The notes beneath the pieces are model-generated. The model was given only the letters and a program-made list of their open reading frames with translations, was not told where the DNA came from and made no database searches. From Desulfurococcales archaeon (GTDB taxonomy: Archaea > Thermoproteota > Thermoprotei_A > Sulfolobales > NBVN01), in contig JALVVU010000070.1 of the NCBI GenBank assembly GCA_027023255.1, forward strand, positions 1 to 48,463: a DNA stretch of 48,463 nt, written 5' to 3'. Numbering within the stretch: position 1 is the first letter of the stretch; each line of letters starts with the position of its first letter. The position numbers and the translations under genes were made by a program. Positions 29,633 through 39,721 of this stretch are shown here, piece by piece.

Positions 29633-30599
29633 CATCCCTCAGCGCCTCACGCACCATGGGCCCGGCAGGCGAGCCTGAGACCCTTTCCGTTAACCTGCAG
29701 AAGCCACATACGTCACTCCTTGATGGGAGACCACAATACTTGCACCGAGTTAATTCAGCCTGAGTTCGTGCCTGATTAACGCCGTACCTTGTTGCCATCC
29801 TAGCCAGCGACCTCATGAACCTTAACTTAACGCCGGGGTGCCTTAAGTCAAGCTCGTAAAGGAACTTCCTGATTAACGCGTCCATACCGCCTAAGAACAC
29901 GTTAGGGCATAATGCCTTAACGAAGGGCAGGCCCTTAACGATTGCGTAGATCAGGCACTCACGTTCCGTGACTTCGTAGAGGGGCCTCACCCTCCTAGCT
30001 AAGTATCCCTCCTCGCCAGTCGTTACTGGGGCTAGTTTTAGTGCCGCACTCATATCTCCTAGTAACATGTTCTTGAGCGCGTAGGGGGCGAGGTCGTCTA
30101 TGTGGTGACCTGTCGCGACGGCATCCACACCCCACTCTATTGCGGCGGCGTTAAGCACGTACCTCTTAACGAGCCCGCACACAGCGCATGGAGGTCTGCT
30201 TGACTTGGCTGAGAGTTCAGGGATTGTTGCACCCACTACCTCCTCTAGGCTTAGGATGAAGGTATTCACGCCAAGCTTTCTCGAGGCTTCCTTAACAACC
30301 CTTAAGCTCTCGTTGCTGTACTCGCCGAGACCTAAGTGTATGTGTAGAGGCATGACCTTAAGCCTCAGTTCGGGGGCAACCGCAGTTAATGCTGAGAGGA
30401 GGGTTATCGAGTCCTTGCCGCCGGAGACCGCCACCAATACACTCTCACCCTCCCTAAGTAAGCCGTACTTCTCTATCGTGGTGGCTACCCTTCCCTCAAA
30501 GTACTCTATGAAGTGCCTTTCACAGAGATTCATCCTAGCGTAAGGTATCTTAATCACTGCTTTAGACCCGCACTTACTGCACTTAGCCACAGTGCTCAC
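29613..30599 (-). CDS. ttuA: tRNA 2-thiolation PP-loop ATPase (TtuA/Ncs6 family)
   Basis: Terminal zinc fingers, SGGKDS, central CxxC, GHHxDD, CP; GTG start at 30599 just after the Ubl stop. Confidence 0.88.
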   Translation of the reverse strand: MSTVAKCSKCGSKAVIKIPYARMNLCERHFIEYFEGRVATTIEKYGLLREGESVLVAVSGGKDSITLLSALTAVAPELRLKVMPLHIHLGLGEYSNESLRVVKEASRKLGVNTFILSLEEVVGATIPELSAKSSRPPCAVCGLVKRYVLNAAAIEWGVDAVATGHHIDDLAPYALKNMLLGDMSAALKLAPVTTGEEGYLARRVRPLYEVTERECLIYAIVKGLPFVKALCPNVFLGGMDALIRKFLYELDLRHPGVKLRFMRSLARMATRYGVNQARTQAELTRCKYCGLPSRSDVCGFCRLTERVSGSPAGPMVREALRDVRASSH

Positions 30600-30600
30600 C

Positions 30601-30813
30601 TCACCCAGCCGACCTAACCTCGTAGACCTCGACTTCATCACCATCCGCAACCACGTCGTCCTCCATGAGGGGCTTCCCGCCCTTAACAACCACTACCTCG
30701 TAAACCCCGTAGCCGAGTTCACGTAAGAGCGTCATTACCCTCATGACCTTACGGCCGGGTTTCTCGATAGTTACTTCCCTTTTAGTAGGGTATATCTTGA
30801 CGCGGACAATCAA
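30601..30813 (-). CDS. ThiS/MoaD-like ubiquitin-fold sulfur carrier (TtuB-like)
   Basis: 70 aa beta-grasp pattern (DGDEVEV); adjacent to ttuA; ends SAG. Confidence 0.85.
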   Translation of the reverse strand: MIVRVKIYPTKREVTIEKPGRKVMRVMTLLRELGYGVYEVVVVKGGKPLMEDDVVADGDEVEVYEVRSAG

Positions 30814-30820
30814 TAGAGCT

Positions 30821-31630
30821 TCACCACATTGAGACAGTCCTTATGCCCTCCTTCAGTAACCTCCTCAGTTGAACCCTAAATAACGCGTACGCTACTAGGA
30901 GGAAAATTAGTGAGTAAGTCACGCCAATCACCTCCGTCTCCCACAGCGGGAGCACCGTGTTCGATACCCCTAAGGAATACCTGATTAGCTCTGCTGGGTA
31001 GCTGAAGGGCGTCGCTAATGCTAGGGTCTGGAGGGCTTTAGGCATGTAGCTCAGCGGCACTAAGCCCCCGGTAGCTATCGGGAGTATGAAGCCCACTAAC
31101 TCAAGCACGGGTCCCGCTGACCCAACGCCTATCGTGGTTGCCCCTAATAGCATGGCGTAAGCGAACAGCACCACAACCATCGTTAGTACCGCGATGAGTA
31201 GCGTTACCGGGTCCGCCACCGAGATAGCGGGTGGTCCTAGGAACGCCGTTAGCAGTAAGGCTGACGCACCCACCGAGACAGAATACCAGAGTAGCGAGAC
31301 CGGGATCACTCCCGCATACAGTAGGAATATGCTGCTACCGCTGACGATCACGTGCTCCAGCACGCCGTGAAACATTAACCACCTAAGCTCCCACGCCCAG
31401 TCCCACGTGGCTACCGAATAAGCTATGAATATTACGACAGCAGTCAGCGCTAAGCCCGAGATATGCCCGGGTGGCACGCCCGGCGGCCTGAAAAGCAGGA
31501 GCGGCGCTATGAACAGCGATAACCACACGCTGAGCGATAGTATCCCTATGACTAACCCATGGCTCCTGATGAGTTCCGCCTTGAGGTACGCTAGGAACAC
31601 CTGCTTAACTGCCTCGAGCCTCCCCATCAC
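30821..31630 (-). CDS. ABC-2 type exporter permease
   Basis: GVLEH, GxxxPxxxMP, PFSY..ELIR. Confidence 0.88.
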   Translation of the reverse strand: MMGRLEAVKQVFLAYLKAELIRSHGLVIGILSLSVWLSLFIAPLLLFRPPGVPPGHISGLALTAVVIFIAYSVATWDWAWELRWLMFHGVLEHVIVSGSSIFLLYAGVIPVSLLWYSVSVGASALLLTAFLGPPAISVADPVTLLIAVLTMVVVLFAYAMLLGATTIGVGSAGPVLELVGFILPIATGGLVPLSYMPKALQTLALATPFSYPAELIRYSLGVSNTVLPLWETEVIGVTYSLIFLLVAYALFRVQLRRLLKEGIRTVSMW

Positions 31631-32448
31631 GTAGTCACCCCCGACTCAAGCTTCCTCCTCTCCCACCTCAGCACTGCGTACCTCCCGGGGGGTGCGTAAA
31701 GCACCGCTAGCGCCGCACCGACCCCCAGAAGCATTAGGGCAGTTGAGGCCTCCGCACTCAAGCCATTCGCGAGCATTAGTTGAATCGCCGCAACAGGGTG
31801 TGATGGCGGAAGAACCCATGAGAGTATGCGTGCACCTAAGGGCATTAGGTAGCGCGGGTAGAAAGCGCCGAGGAGGATCATGAGTAGGGGCCTAATGACG
31901 TTCAGCACTCTCCACGACTCTCCCGACATGCTGTAGATGGCGCCCATGATCAGCATCGCCAGCGTGGAGAAGAAGAGCCCGCCGGCAGCAGCCATGCCAA
32001 TCACTATTAGAGCCATCACCACGCCCTCAACCCCGCGATAGTAAGTCAGTACCGGAAGCACTGTCGCGGCGCCAGTGGTTAGCGTTATGGTTAGCCTAGG
32101 TAGCGGCATTGACACGTAGAGGGCTATCCTTGACACTGGTGACGATATTATGTAGGGTAACGTCCCCATGTTCTCGTCATAGATTGGGCGCCAGAGGATG
32201 TCGTCGGTCACGCTTAACACAGCTATTATGACGAAGGAAGCAACTATGAAGAACTCGACAGGATCCACGCCGACCCTGGAGATAAAGACCTGCGTGGACC
32301 CCATTGCCGAGCCTATGAGGAGGACGAAGAACGTGAACATGTATGGATAAATAATTATGAGTAGGAGGAGGGACTTCCTGCGGAAGACGTCACCGTACAC
32401 GAACATGAACTCTGCCTTAAGTAGCTCGATGAACTCACTGAGCTTCAT
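31627..32448 (-). CDS. ABC-2 type exporter permease
   Basis: GTLxYIxSSPVSR, GAFYP, LPPSH. Confidence 0.88.
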   Translation of the reverse strand: MKLSEFIELLKAEFMFVYGDVFRRKSLLLLIIIYPYMFTFFVLLIGSAMGSTQVFISRVGVDPVEFFIVASFVIIAVLSVTDDILWRPIYDENMGTLPYIISSPVSRIALYVSMPLPRLTITLTTGAATVLPVLTYYRGVEGVVMALIVIGMAAAGGLFFSTLAMLIMGAIYSMSGESWRVLNVIRPLLMILLGAFYPRYLMPLGARILSWVLPPSHPVAAIQLMLANGLSAEASTALMLLGVGAALAVLYAPPGRYAVLRWERRKLESGVTT

Positions 32449-33460
32449 CACCGCCACCCGTGAAGTAAATGAATACATCCTCAAGCGTTGGTTCCTCTAC
32501 CTTAAACCTCAGTATTTCCAGGCCCGCCGACGTGATTGCCTTAATAACCTCGTCAACAACGTTTTCGAACTTACTTATCTTAGCCTTAATTTCGAGGACT
32601 GATGGTTCAACCTCCTTGACCTCAGGCTTAACCCCTATAATGGACTCCATTACTTTCTGAACGTTAGTTACTGTGGTCCCGTCACCCCTTACTGTGAGGG
32701 TAAGTAGGCGTAGCCCCGGTATCTTAGCTTTAAGCTCGTCTGGCCGCCCCTCCGCCACAATCCTGCCCTTACTTATGAGTAGTATCCTGTCACAGACTAG
32801 CTCCGCCTCAAACATGTTGTGCGTTGTGTACAGTATTGCCTTACCTTCCTTATGCGCTAGGTCAGCCACTAACTCCCTTATCCTCCTAGCCGTCGGTGGG
32901 TCCAACCCTAAGGTCGGCTCGTCGAGAAGCAGAACGGGAGGGTTCTTGAGTAGGGCCCTAGCTAGGGCTAGCCTAGCCTTCATGCCTAGGGAGTACTCTT
33001 CGAATAACCTATCCTCAGCCCCCATCGCTTTAAGCCCTAGAAGATCCATTAACTCATCAACGCGCTTCCTTAGCCTCTCACCCTCCATGCCGTAGAGGGC
33101 GCCAAAGTACAGCAGGTTTTCCTTACCGGTTAATTTGCCGTAGAACCCTTTCTCCACGCTCAGCATTAACCCTATTCTCCTCCTGACTTCCTTAGCCTGT
33201 TTAACTACGTCGAAGCCCTCCACTAACGCCGTACCGCTGTCGGGAAGGAGTAGCGTTGATATGATCTTGACGGTAGTGGTTTTCCCGGCCCCGTTAGGGC
33301 CCAGCAAACCCACTACCTCACCATGCTTGACGTTGAAGGAGACGCCCTTCAGAGCCTCAACGGCTTGCTTCTCGGACCTAAACAATCCTTTCTTGCTACT
33401 CGTCCAGTAAGTTTTCCTTAGTTCCCTCACCACTATCGCTGGGTCTGGACGTAGTGACAA
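32435..33460 (-). CDS. ABC-2 exporter ATPase (DrrA-like)
   Basis: GPNGAGKT, YSLGMK, LDEPTLGLD, C-terminal EPTLEDVF. Confidence 0.95.
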   Translation of the reverse strand: MSLRPDPAIVVRELRKTYWTSSKKGLFRSEKQAVEALKGVSFNVKHGEVVGLLGPNGAGKTTTVKIISTLLLPDSGTALVEGFDVVKQAKEVRRRIGLMLSVEKGFYGKLTGKENLLYFGALYGMEGERLRKRVDELMDLLGLKAMGAEDRLFEEYSLGMKARLALARALLKNPPVLLLDEPTLGLDPPTARRIRELVADLAHKEGKAILYTTHNMFEAELVCDRILLISKGRIVAEGRPDELKAKIPGLRLLTLTVRGDGTTVTNVQKVMESIIGVKPEVKEVEPSVLEIKAKISKFENVVDEVIKAITSAGLEILRFKVEEPTLEDVFIYFTGGGDEAQ

Positions 33461-33821
33461 CGTTAATCACGCTCCCGTCCTCCGCGACCGGGTTTCCTCT
33501 CCCTTCTACAACCTATAAATGTTAGAGCCTCAGGCCCTCCCGTGAAGTCTAAGGCGCCGAGGTTGGGACGGAAGCCCCACATACTTGGTGCTCGATCCTT
33601 CCTCATGCTCTTACCCATGTAAGTTATGGCGTGTTCAGGGTTATCCTAGTTAATTCGCTGTGGTGGTCAGAAGGTGAGCAACAGTCTCTAATCAAGCGAA
33701 GTTGCTCAAGGCACTAACCAATAATAAGTAAGGATGGATACATATGCTTTTTATCCTACCCCTTACTTCGACGGGATCCATTCCTTACTCAAGCCGCCTG
33801 CATTGTGAGGATCTACTGGCT

Positions 33822-34493
33822 TTATGCGTGCATCACCGCTATTGACCTGATCACGTCGGCAGAGTTCTCACATTCGTCAGAGCTATTCTCTAGCTCATCA
33901 ACTAGCTCCTTAGTTATGATGCATACCGACACCTTACCTGCCTCATCGCAGAACCTCAATACCTCCTTCATCCCCTCCATGCGAATATCGTCTATGGATT
34001 CCTCTATGCGTTCAACCTCATCGGCCAGGCGAAGGGCCTCCTTAGGGTCACTCCTCACTATCTCTACGGCCTTAAGCAGTAGTGTTGAGGCTTCCTTCAC
34101 ACCTGAAGCCATCTTCACCAGTATCTCCCTAATGCTCTCTGGCACTGTATTAGGGTCTACTAGCGTGGCTCGCTTCCCTGCCGCTTTAAGGTACGCCGCT
34201 ATGTCGTCATTTATTAGCACTAGCCTTATCAATTCCTCCCTATCTATAGGGTGTAGGTAGCCCTCACTAAGTTCCTTTATGACTTCACGCTTGTAGTCGT
34301 CTGCCTTCTTCTCTAGCTCGTAGGTTTTAGCATAGAATTCAGCGACGTCGTTAGCGTCACCTTCCCTGAACTTCCTGAAGAGCAACTCCACAGCCTCCGC
34401 TACCTGCTTGACCGCTTCGAGGTGGTCACGGGCTTTCCTCAGCACCTCCCTCTCAACTCTCCTGCCGAGCCATGACCATGTGGATGCACACAT
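33822..34493 (-). CDS. DUF47 / PhoU-like phosphate transport regulator
   Basis: LEKKADxxK, PIDREE, DDIA, EExIDD; follows pit. Confidence 0.9.
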   Translation of the reverse strand: MCASTWSWLGRRVEREVLRKARDHLEAVKQVAEAVELLFRKFREGDANDVAEFYAKTYELEKKADDYKREVIKELSEGYLHPIDREELIRLVLINDDIAAYLKAAGKRATLVDPNTVPESIREILVKMASGVKEASTLLLKAVEIVRSDPKEALRLADEVERIEESIDDIRMEGMKEVLRFCDEAGKVSVCIITKELVDELENSSDECENSADVIRSIAVMHA

Positions 34494-34500
34494 CCTAGTC

Positions 34501-35523
34501 TCACCCCCAAGAAATGCCTGTTAGAGAGTACATAATTAGTCGGAACACTACCGCGATACCGGCTGCTGCAGGAACCGTTAGGAGCCACGACAGCATGATC
34601 TTCAGCATCACACCCCAATTCACCCCCTTAACTCCGTGTCTAGCCATGCCCACCCCAAGCACTGCTGAGACAGATGCATGAGTAGTTGATATCGGCATGC
34701 CATATCCCCAAAGCATCGTCGGTATGGTAGTGTACACCCACACCACGGATGCGTTGGCTATGACTGCCGCTGCAGCCATCGTCATGTCTAGCCTGGTTAT
34801 CCTAAACGCCACCGTCCTAATGACGCGTGGTCCAAGCATGAATCCCCCGAGAGCTATTCCTGCCGCACCAAGCATCGAGAGACCCACTGCAGTCCTGTAG
34901 TCAAACCCCGTAGCAATTCCTCCAGCCCTCACTACCGCCGCGTAAACCCCCGTGGCGTTACCGACATCATTAGCTCCAAAGGCGTAAGCAGAGTATGCGA
35001 GGCCAGCGATGAGAAGGGCCCTCAGGAATTTCTCCCTGCGTGCATCGTCCTTAACCCTAGCAAACAAGTACCTAAGAACTACGTAGAGGCCCGCGGCAAG
35101 CAACGCCGCCCCTATAGGGGAGGTTATCCAGCTTAACACCACCTTAACTAATACGCCATAATTTATCCCCGTGTACCCCCTCATTAAGCACCTAGCTAAC
35201 GCGACCCCAAGCACAGCACCGACAGATGAGTGAGTCGTTGATATCGGTAACCCTTTCCACGACGACATTATTATCCAGAAGGCAGTCGCCATCGACGCTG
35301 CTAGCGCGTCGCACACGGTCTCGATCTCCGCTATGCCTCCACCGAACGTCTTAATCACCATCCAGCCCTGAATCACGGATCCCAAGAAAGCGAATGCCGA
35401 GAATAAGGCAACAGCCTTCTTGATGCTCAGAGCTCCCCCACCCACAGCTGTCGATGTTGGGTTAGCCGCATCATTCGAGCCTATGGACCAAGCTACATAG
35501 AACGCCAAGGCGAGCCCTAACAA
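34501..35523 (-). CDS. pit: PiT family inorganic phosphate transporter
   Basis: GSNDAAN and GANDVGN repeats; PISTTH twice. Confidence 0.95.
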   Translation of the reverse strand: MLGLALAFYVAWSIGSNDAANPTSTAVGGGALSIKKAVALFSAFAFLGSVIQGWMVIKTFGGGIAEIETVCDALAASMATAFWIIMSSWKGLPISTTHSSVGAVLGVALARCLMRGYTGINYGVLVKVVLSWITSPIGAALLAAGLYVVLRYLFARVKDDARREKFLRALLIAGLAYSAYAFGANDVGNATGVYAAVVRAGGIATGFDYRTAVGLSMLGAAGIALGGFMLGPRVIRTVAFRITRLDMTMAAAAVIANASVVWVYTTIPTMLWGYGMPISTTHASVSAVLGVGMARHGVKGVNWGVMLKIMLSWLLTVPAAAGIAVVFRLIMYSLTGISWG

Positions 35524-35721
35524 GACTAAAGGCCCTACCGTCGTAGCCCAGCATTTTTTCGAAAGATCAAATATTAAACATTAAAGTTCAAAGTTCGCAG
35601 AAATGATGAAGGAAAAACGCTTCAATTTCTCTAAAGATTAATTAGAGAAGATTAATCATCCTGGTAATTGACTATTTACTTATTTAGGTCAGCCCTCACT
35701 CAATCACTAGGTAATGATGTA

Positions 35722-38700
35722 ATGCCTTTGGCACGATGCACTCACAGAAAGGCGTTGGTGCCTGCCATTACGATCGCATTAGTCCTTCTCCTATCTTTTA
35801 TCACGCCTAGCGTAGCGCCTAGCTTGAGGCAGCGTGATAACCCCATTAACTACGTGTTAGCTAGGAATGGGTTCGTTGGGCTACCCGCGATTGCCCCGTT
35901 ACCTACGCTAGTACCTGCGTCCACGAGTGCTGGATTTATTGGCAACGTGTCGGCGGTTGTGACAACCTCCGATCAATCCCCTCCGCCCATACCTAAGCCT
36001 GTCAGTTACCCTGAAAGTCCTGGGACTATCTTGATCTTACCTCAAGGTACTCTAACCCCTCAGCATTTGAAGTCCCTAGGTGTGAGGTTTGAATACGTTA
36101 TAGTTACTTCATCCACATTACTACGGAGCGTCATTCCCCTAGCGGCGATCCATGCCGCCGAAGGTATGAACGTACTGGTAACTACTATGGACTGGATTAA
36201 AGCCCATTTCCCGGCGAAGAAGCCCTGTGATAGTTTAAGGGACTTCGCGCGATTCGCTCACTACGAGTTGGGTGCGGTGTACCTACTCCTTGCCGGTGAT
36301 GTGGACGTGGTTCCCACCGCTTACTGGTACTCGGAGGATCTTTTCTTGGATGCTGGTGAGGACGCGTATAAGGCGACTGACCAGTACTACGCTTTCCTAG
36401 ACGGTAACTGGGATCCTAACGGGAACGGCAAGCTTCTCGAAACCCTAGACACTAACGGGGACAACATACCTGACGAGAACCTCGAGCCCTTACCTGACTC
36501 CGTGCCTGACCTATACGTCGGTAGGTTACCGGCATCAACGCCCTCACAGATGGAGGCACTAGTCAATAACGTAATATCGTACCTGACCAACCCACCGCCT
36601 GGAAACTGGATTAGAAAAGCAATCTTAATTGCCGCAATAGCGAACTTCCGGAACGAATCTGGATCCAACGTACCTAAGGTCGACTTAGCTCAGGTCGCAC
36701 AGTACGTGTACAGGCTCCTCCTACCCTACAACTACACGATCATCCGGGTCTACCAAGATGAGGGCTTGGAGGCTACTACATACCCCCACGAGGTCAGCTT
36801 AACTCACTCTAACGTCGTGAAGCTACTCTCTGAAGGTAGCGGACTGCTTTACTCTGCAGCGCACGGCATACCGTTGGCTCAGGGCATGAAGGTATGGCTT
36901 AACGATACGAACGGTAACGGCATACCCGACAAAAATGAGATCACGTTCAGGTATTTCCTTCAGGTCTGGGATCCTGTGGACAATCATGGAAGGAGGTTCC
37001 TCGCGTACCTAGAAAGTTGCTTGACAGGATATTACGACTTCAGCCAGGATTCCTTGGCAGAGTATTTACTTAGGCACTCAGCCATAGCTGTCGTAGCCTC
37101 GAGTAGGGTCTCGTACTACCAAGTCCCGTGGCCCGGGCCTGGAGGGTGGCTCGATCAGGAGCTAGCGTACCTGTTCTGGAAGGAATTAACGAGCAACGCT
37201 GACTGGAAGCCGGGGCCGGCTCTTGAACTCAGTAAGTATGAATATATCAAGGAGCATGGCGGCAACGCATCCGCAATGAAGTTCATGAGCAAGAAGGACC
37301 TCCTAGACTACAACCTCCTAGGGGACCCAGCAATAACGGTATGGGTAAGCAAGCCGCTGAGGTTAAACATAACGTATGGGAGGTTAAGGGCGGGTACAAC
37401 TAATAAGATCATCGTTCAGGACGCGGCAGGTAGGCCGGTAGCTAAAGTCCTCGTAGCAATATACAGCGCGATAACCGGTAACCTACTCGCGTACAGCTAC
37501 ACGGACTCCTCAGGCGTCGCTACCCTCAACATACCGCCCCTCCAACACAACACTAAGGTATACATAGTGGCCCGTAAGGACGGATATACCTACGTCTTCA
37601 GAACAGCTTATGTTGCATATATTGGCGCTCCACCGGTCATTAACCTGAACTCACCTAACAACGAAACAATCTACGGCGCAGTAGTCCCCGTACTCGCCCA
37701 CATAGTGGACCCCGACGGTAACGTAACCGAGGTTAATGTCACAATTGAGGGTCCCGGCCTAAACCTCACTAAGTCGTACGCACCACGTAAAGCTGAATTC
37801 ACGGTGAACCTCACGGTCAGAATCAACGAGAGTGGTACCTACACGGTCACGGTGAGTGCTGTAGACAACGACGGCAACCGCGTAGCGGTTAAGAGAGTGT
37901 TCTTGGTTGACGTTACGCCCCCAACCATTACTGTAGAGGGCATCCGTAACTCCTCTATCACGAGCAAGGCTGGGGGCGTGATCCGCATCAGGGTTGAGGA
38001 CGTAAGCGGTGTGAAATATGTTGAGGTGGCTCTCGACGGAAAGGTGATTGCTAGGGAGTGGAACCTAAGCAAGAGCGCCGCGTTTAACGTCACGATCCCC
38101 TCGAATGAGGGGCCACACGCGCTACTGATTGTGACGGAAGATAATGCCCGTAACGTAGCTCACGAAGTAATCCTGTTCTACGTTGATTTAACCCCACCAA
38201 CTATAGATGTGTATCCAGCCATAAACAACTCAGTAATAAACCAGCACGTAGTGAAGAGTCTCATCATTACATGTAATGATAATTATAGGGTCGCGTACGT
38301 CACAATATACGTTGACGGTAAGCTCTCACTAAACGTTTCAAGGTACGAGCTGAAGAGCGTTAACCTAAGCAGGTTAAGTGACGGTCAGCACAACATAACA
38401 ATCATGGCCTTCGACGCCGCCGGAAACAGCAAGCGCGTCACCCTGCTCTTCTACGCGGACTCCACCCCACCCTCAGTAAAGTTGGCGGGGATCACGCCAG
38501 GAACGTATATCAACAAGTCCTCACTCACACTGCAGACCATCATGCATGATAACATCGGGTTGAAGTACGTTAAGATACTCCTCAATGGGAAAATCGTACT
38601 CGAGAAGACCTTCACTAAAGGCAACATCTCCGCATACCGTGAGGCGCTTCACGGCACAACGAACGTAGATCTCAAGCTAACGTTAAGCCTCAGTGACGGT

Positions 38701-39675
38701 CGCTACGTACTCGACGTCATCACGGCGGACCTAGCAGAGAACATCATATCTAAGAACATAACGTTCTACGTAGATACGACCCCACCTAAGGTTAAGGTAC
38801 TAATGCCTGAGAACGGTTCATACGTGAATACCACGGGCGTAACAATTAATGTAAGTGCTACCGATAACCTGTGCCTCGCATCAGTAATTGCGTACGTCAA
38901 CGGCTCGCCTGTGAAGCTAGTTAATGGGGTAGGCAAGTATGAGGCACCTGGCGAGGGCAAATACATCCTTAAGGTAAGTGTGAGGGACTGCGCAGGAAAC
39001 AAGGCCTCCAGCGACGAGGTTTTCCACGTGGACTTAACCCCTCCATCCATAACGTTCATCAAGCCTAGGGCGGGTGCCGTGGTTAGGACGCCTTTCCAGC
39101 TAAGCGTCAGTGTTAAGGATAATTATGGCGTGCGACTTATCTACGTCGTTATGGACGGTAGGGTGATCAAGGAATTCCGCCTCACGAAACCCCAGATTAA
39201 GTATGGAGTTAACGTAAGCCTTTCTGACCTGCAGGAAGGTCCCCACCGCATCGCTGTCGTGGCTGAGGACGTAGCAGGGAATGTTGGTAAGGGTAGCGTC
39301 ACATTAACAATTGATAATACGCCGCCAACGATATACTATATTAATGGAACTAAGTCATTCACTGAAGGAACCCTCAGGTTAGTGTTCAGGGTTAGTGAGC
39401 CGGTCAGTACGTTTAAAGCCTTGGTTGACAGACGCGCAGCAAAGGTGTTTAGGGTTGGGGATAATGAATGGGCAATCACGTTAAGTGACCTAAGCCCCGG
39501 AAAACATAACATCACAGTAATTGCCAAGGATCTGGCGGGCAATGTCGGCACGCTTAAACTAATCATCAGTATTAGCCATGCATACGTGCTTGAGGCAGTT
39601 GCCGCAGTGTTGGGGTTAGTGATCATAGTTATAATCGCACTATATTTACGGAGAAAACGGGGAGTGAATCCCTAG
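35722..39675 (+). CDS. Surface-anchored peptidase C25 (gingipain-like) with Ig-like repeat stalk
   Basis: YLLLAGD, D-x-x-Y, VGRLP, AHG and ESCLTG (His/Cys dyad), YNLLGDPA; six DxTPP junctions; C-terminal TM plus RRKR. Confidence 0.88.
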   Translation: MPLARCTHRKALVPAITIALVLLLSFITPSVAPSLRQRDNPINYVLARNGFVGLPAIAPLPTLVPASTSAGFIGNVSAVVTTSDQSPPPIPKPVSYPESPGTILILPQGTLTPQHLKSLGVRFEYVIVTSSTLLRSVIPLAAIHAAEGMNVLVTTMDWIKAHFPAKKPCDSLRDFARFAHYELGAVYLLLAGDVDVVPTAYWYSEDLFLDAGEDAYKATDQYYAFLDGNWDPNGNGKLLETLDTNGDNIPDENLEPLPDSVPDLYVGRLPASTPSQMEALVNNVISYLTNPPPGNWIRKAILIAAIANFRNESGSNVPKVDLAQVAQYVYRLLLPYNYTIIRVYQDEGLEATTYPHEVSLTHSNVVKLLSEGSGLLYSAAHGIPLAQGMKVWLNDTNGNGIPDKNEITFRYFLQVWDPVDNHGRRFLAYLESCLTGYYDFSQDSLAEYLLRHSAIAVVASSRVSYYQVPWPGPGGWLDQELAYLFWKELTSNADWKPGPALELSKYEYIKEHGGNASAMKFMSKKDLLDYNLLGDPAITVWVSKPLRLNITYGRLRAGTTNKIIVQDAAGRPVAKVLVAIYSAITGNLLAYSYTDSSGVATLNIPPLQHNTKVYIVARKDGYTYVFRTAYVAYIGAPPVINLNSPNNETIYGAVVPVLAHIVDPDGNVTEVNVTIEGPGLNLTKSYAPRKAEFTVNLTVRINESGTYTVTVSAVDNDGNRVAVKRVFLVDVTPPTITVEGIRNSSITSKAGGVIRIRVEDVSGVKYVEVALDGKVIAREWNLSKSAAFNVTIPSNEGPHALLIVTEDNARNVAHEVILFYVDLTPPTIDVYPAINNSVINQHVVKSLIITCNDNYRVAYVTIYVDGKLSLNVSRYELKSVNLSRLSDGQHNITIMAFDAAGNSKRVTLLFYADSTPPSVKLAGITPGTYINKSSLTLQTIMHDNIGLKYVKILLNGKIVLEKTFTKGNISAYREALHGTTNVDLKLTLSLSDGRYVLDVITADLAENIISKNITFYVDTTPPKVKVLMPENGSYVNTTGVTINVSATDNLCLASVIAYVNGSPVKLVNGVGKYEAPGEGKYILKVSVRDCAGNKASSDEVFHVDLTPPSITFIKPRAGAVVRTPFQLSVSVKDNYGVRLIYVVMDGRVIKEFRLTKPQIKYGVNVSLSDLQEGPHRIAVVAEDVAGNVGKGSVTLTIDNTPPTIYYINGTKSFTEGTLRLVFRVSEPVSTFKALVDRRAAKVFRVGDNEWAITLSDLSPGKHNITVIAKDLAGNVGTLKLIISISHAYVLEAVAAVLGLVIIVIIALYLRRKRGVNP

Positions 39676-39721
39676 ATCTTCCTTTATTAGGGTGCTCACG
39701 CTGATTTAACGCGGTTCTAAA

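Noticed and set aside
35471-35554. Out-of-frame ATG upstream of pit (27-codon overlapping ORF; possible frameshift or uORF)
   Set aside because: The in-frame TTG at 35523 gives a near-complete PiT; TSS position is ambiguous and cannot be resolved without reads
35619-35640. CTTCAATTTCTCTAAAGATT similar to a reversed crenarchaeal CRISPR repeat
   Set aside because: One degenerate copy inside a promoter region
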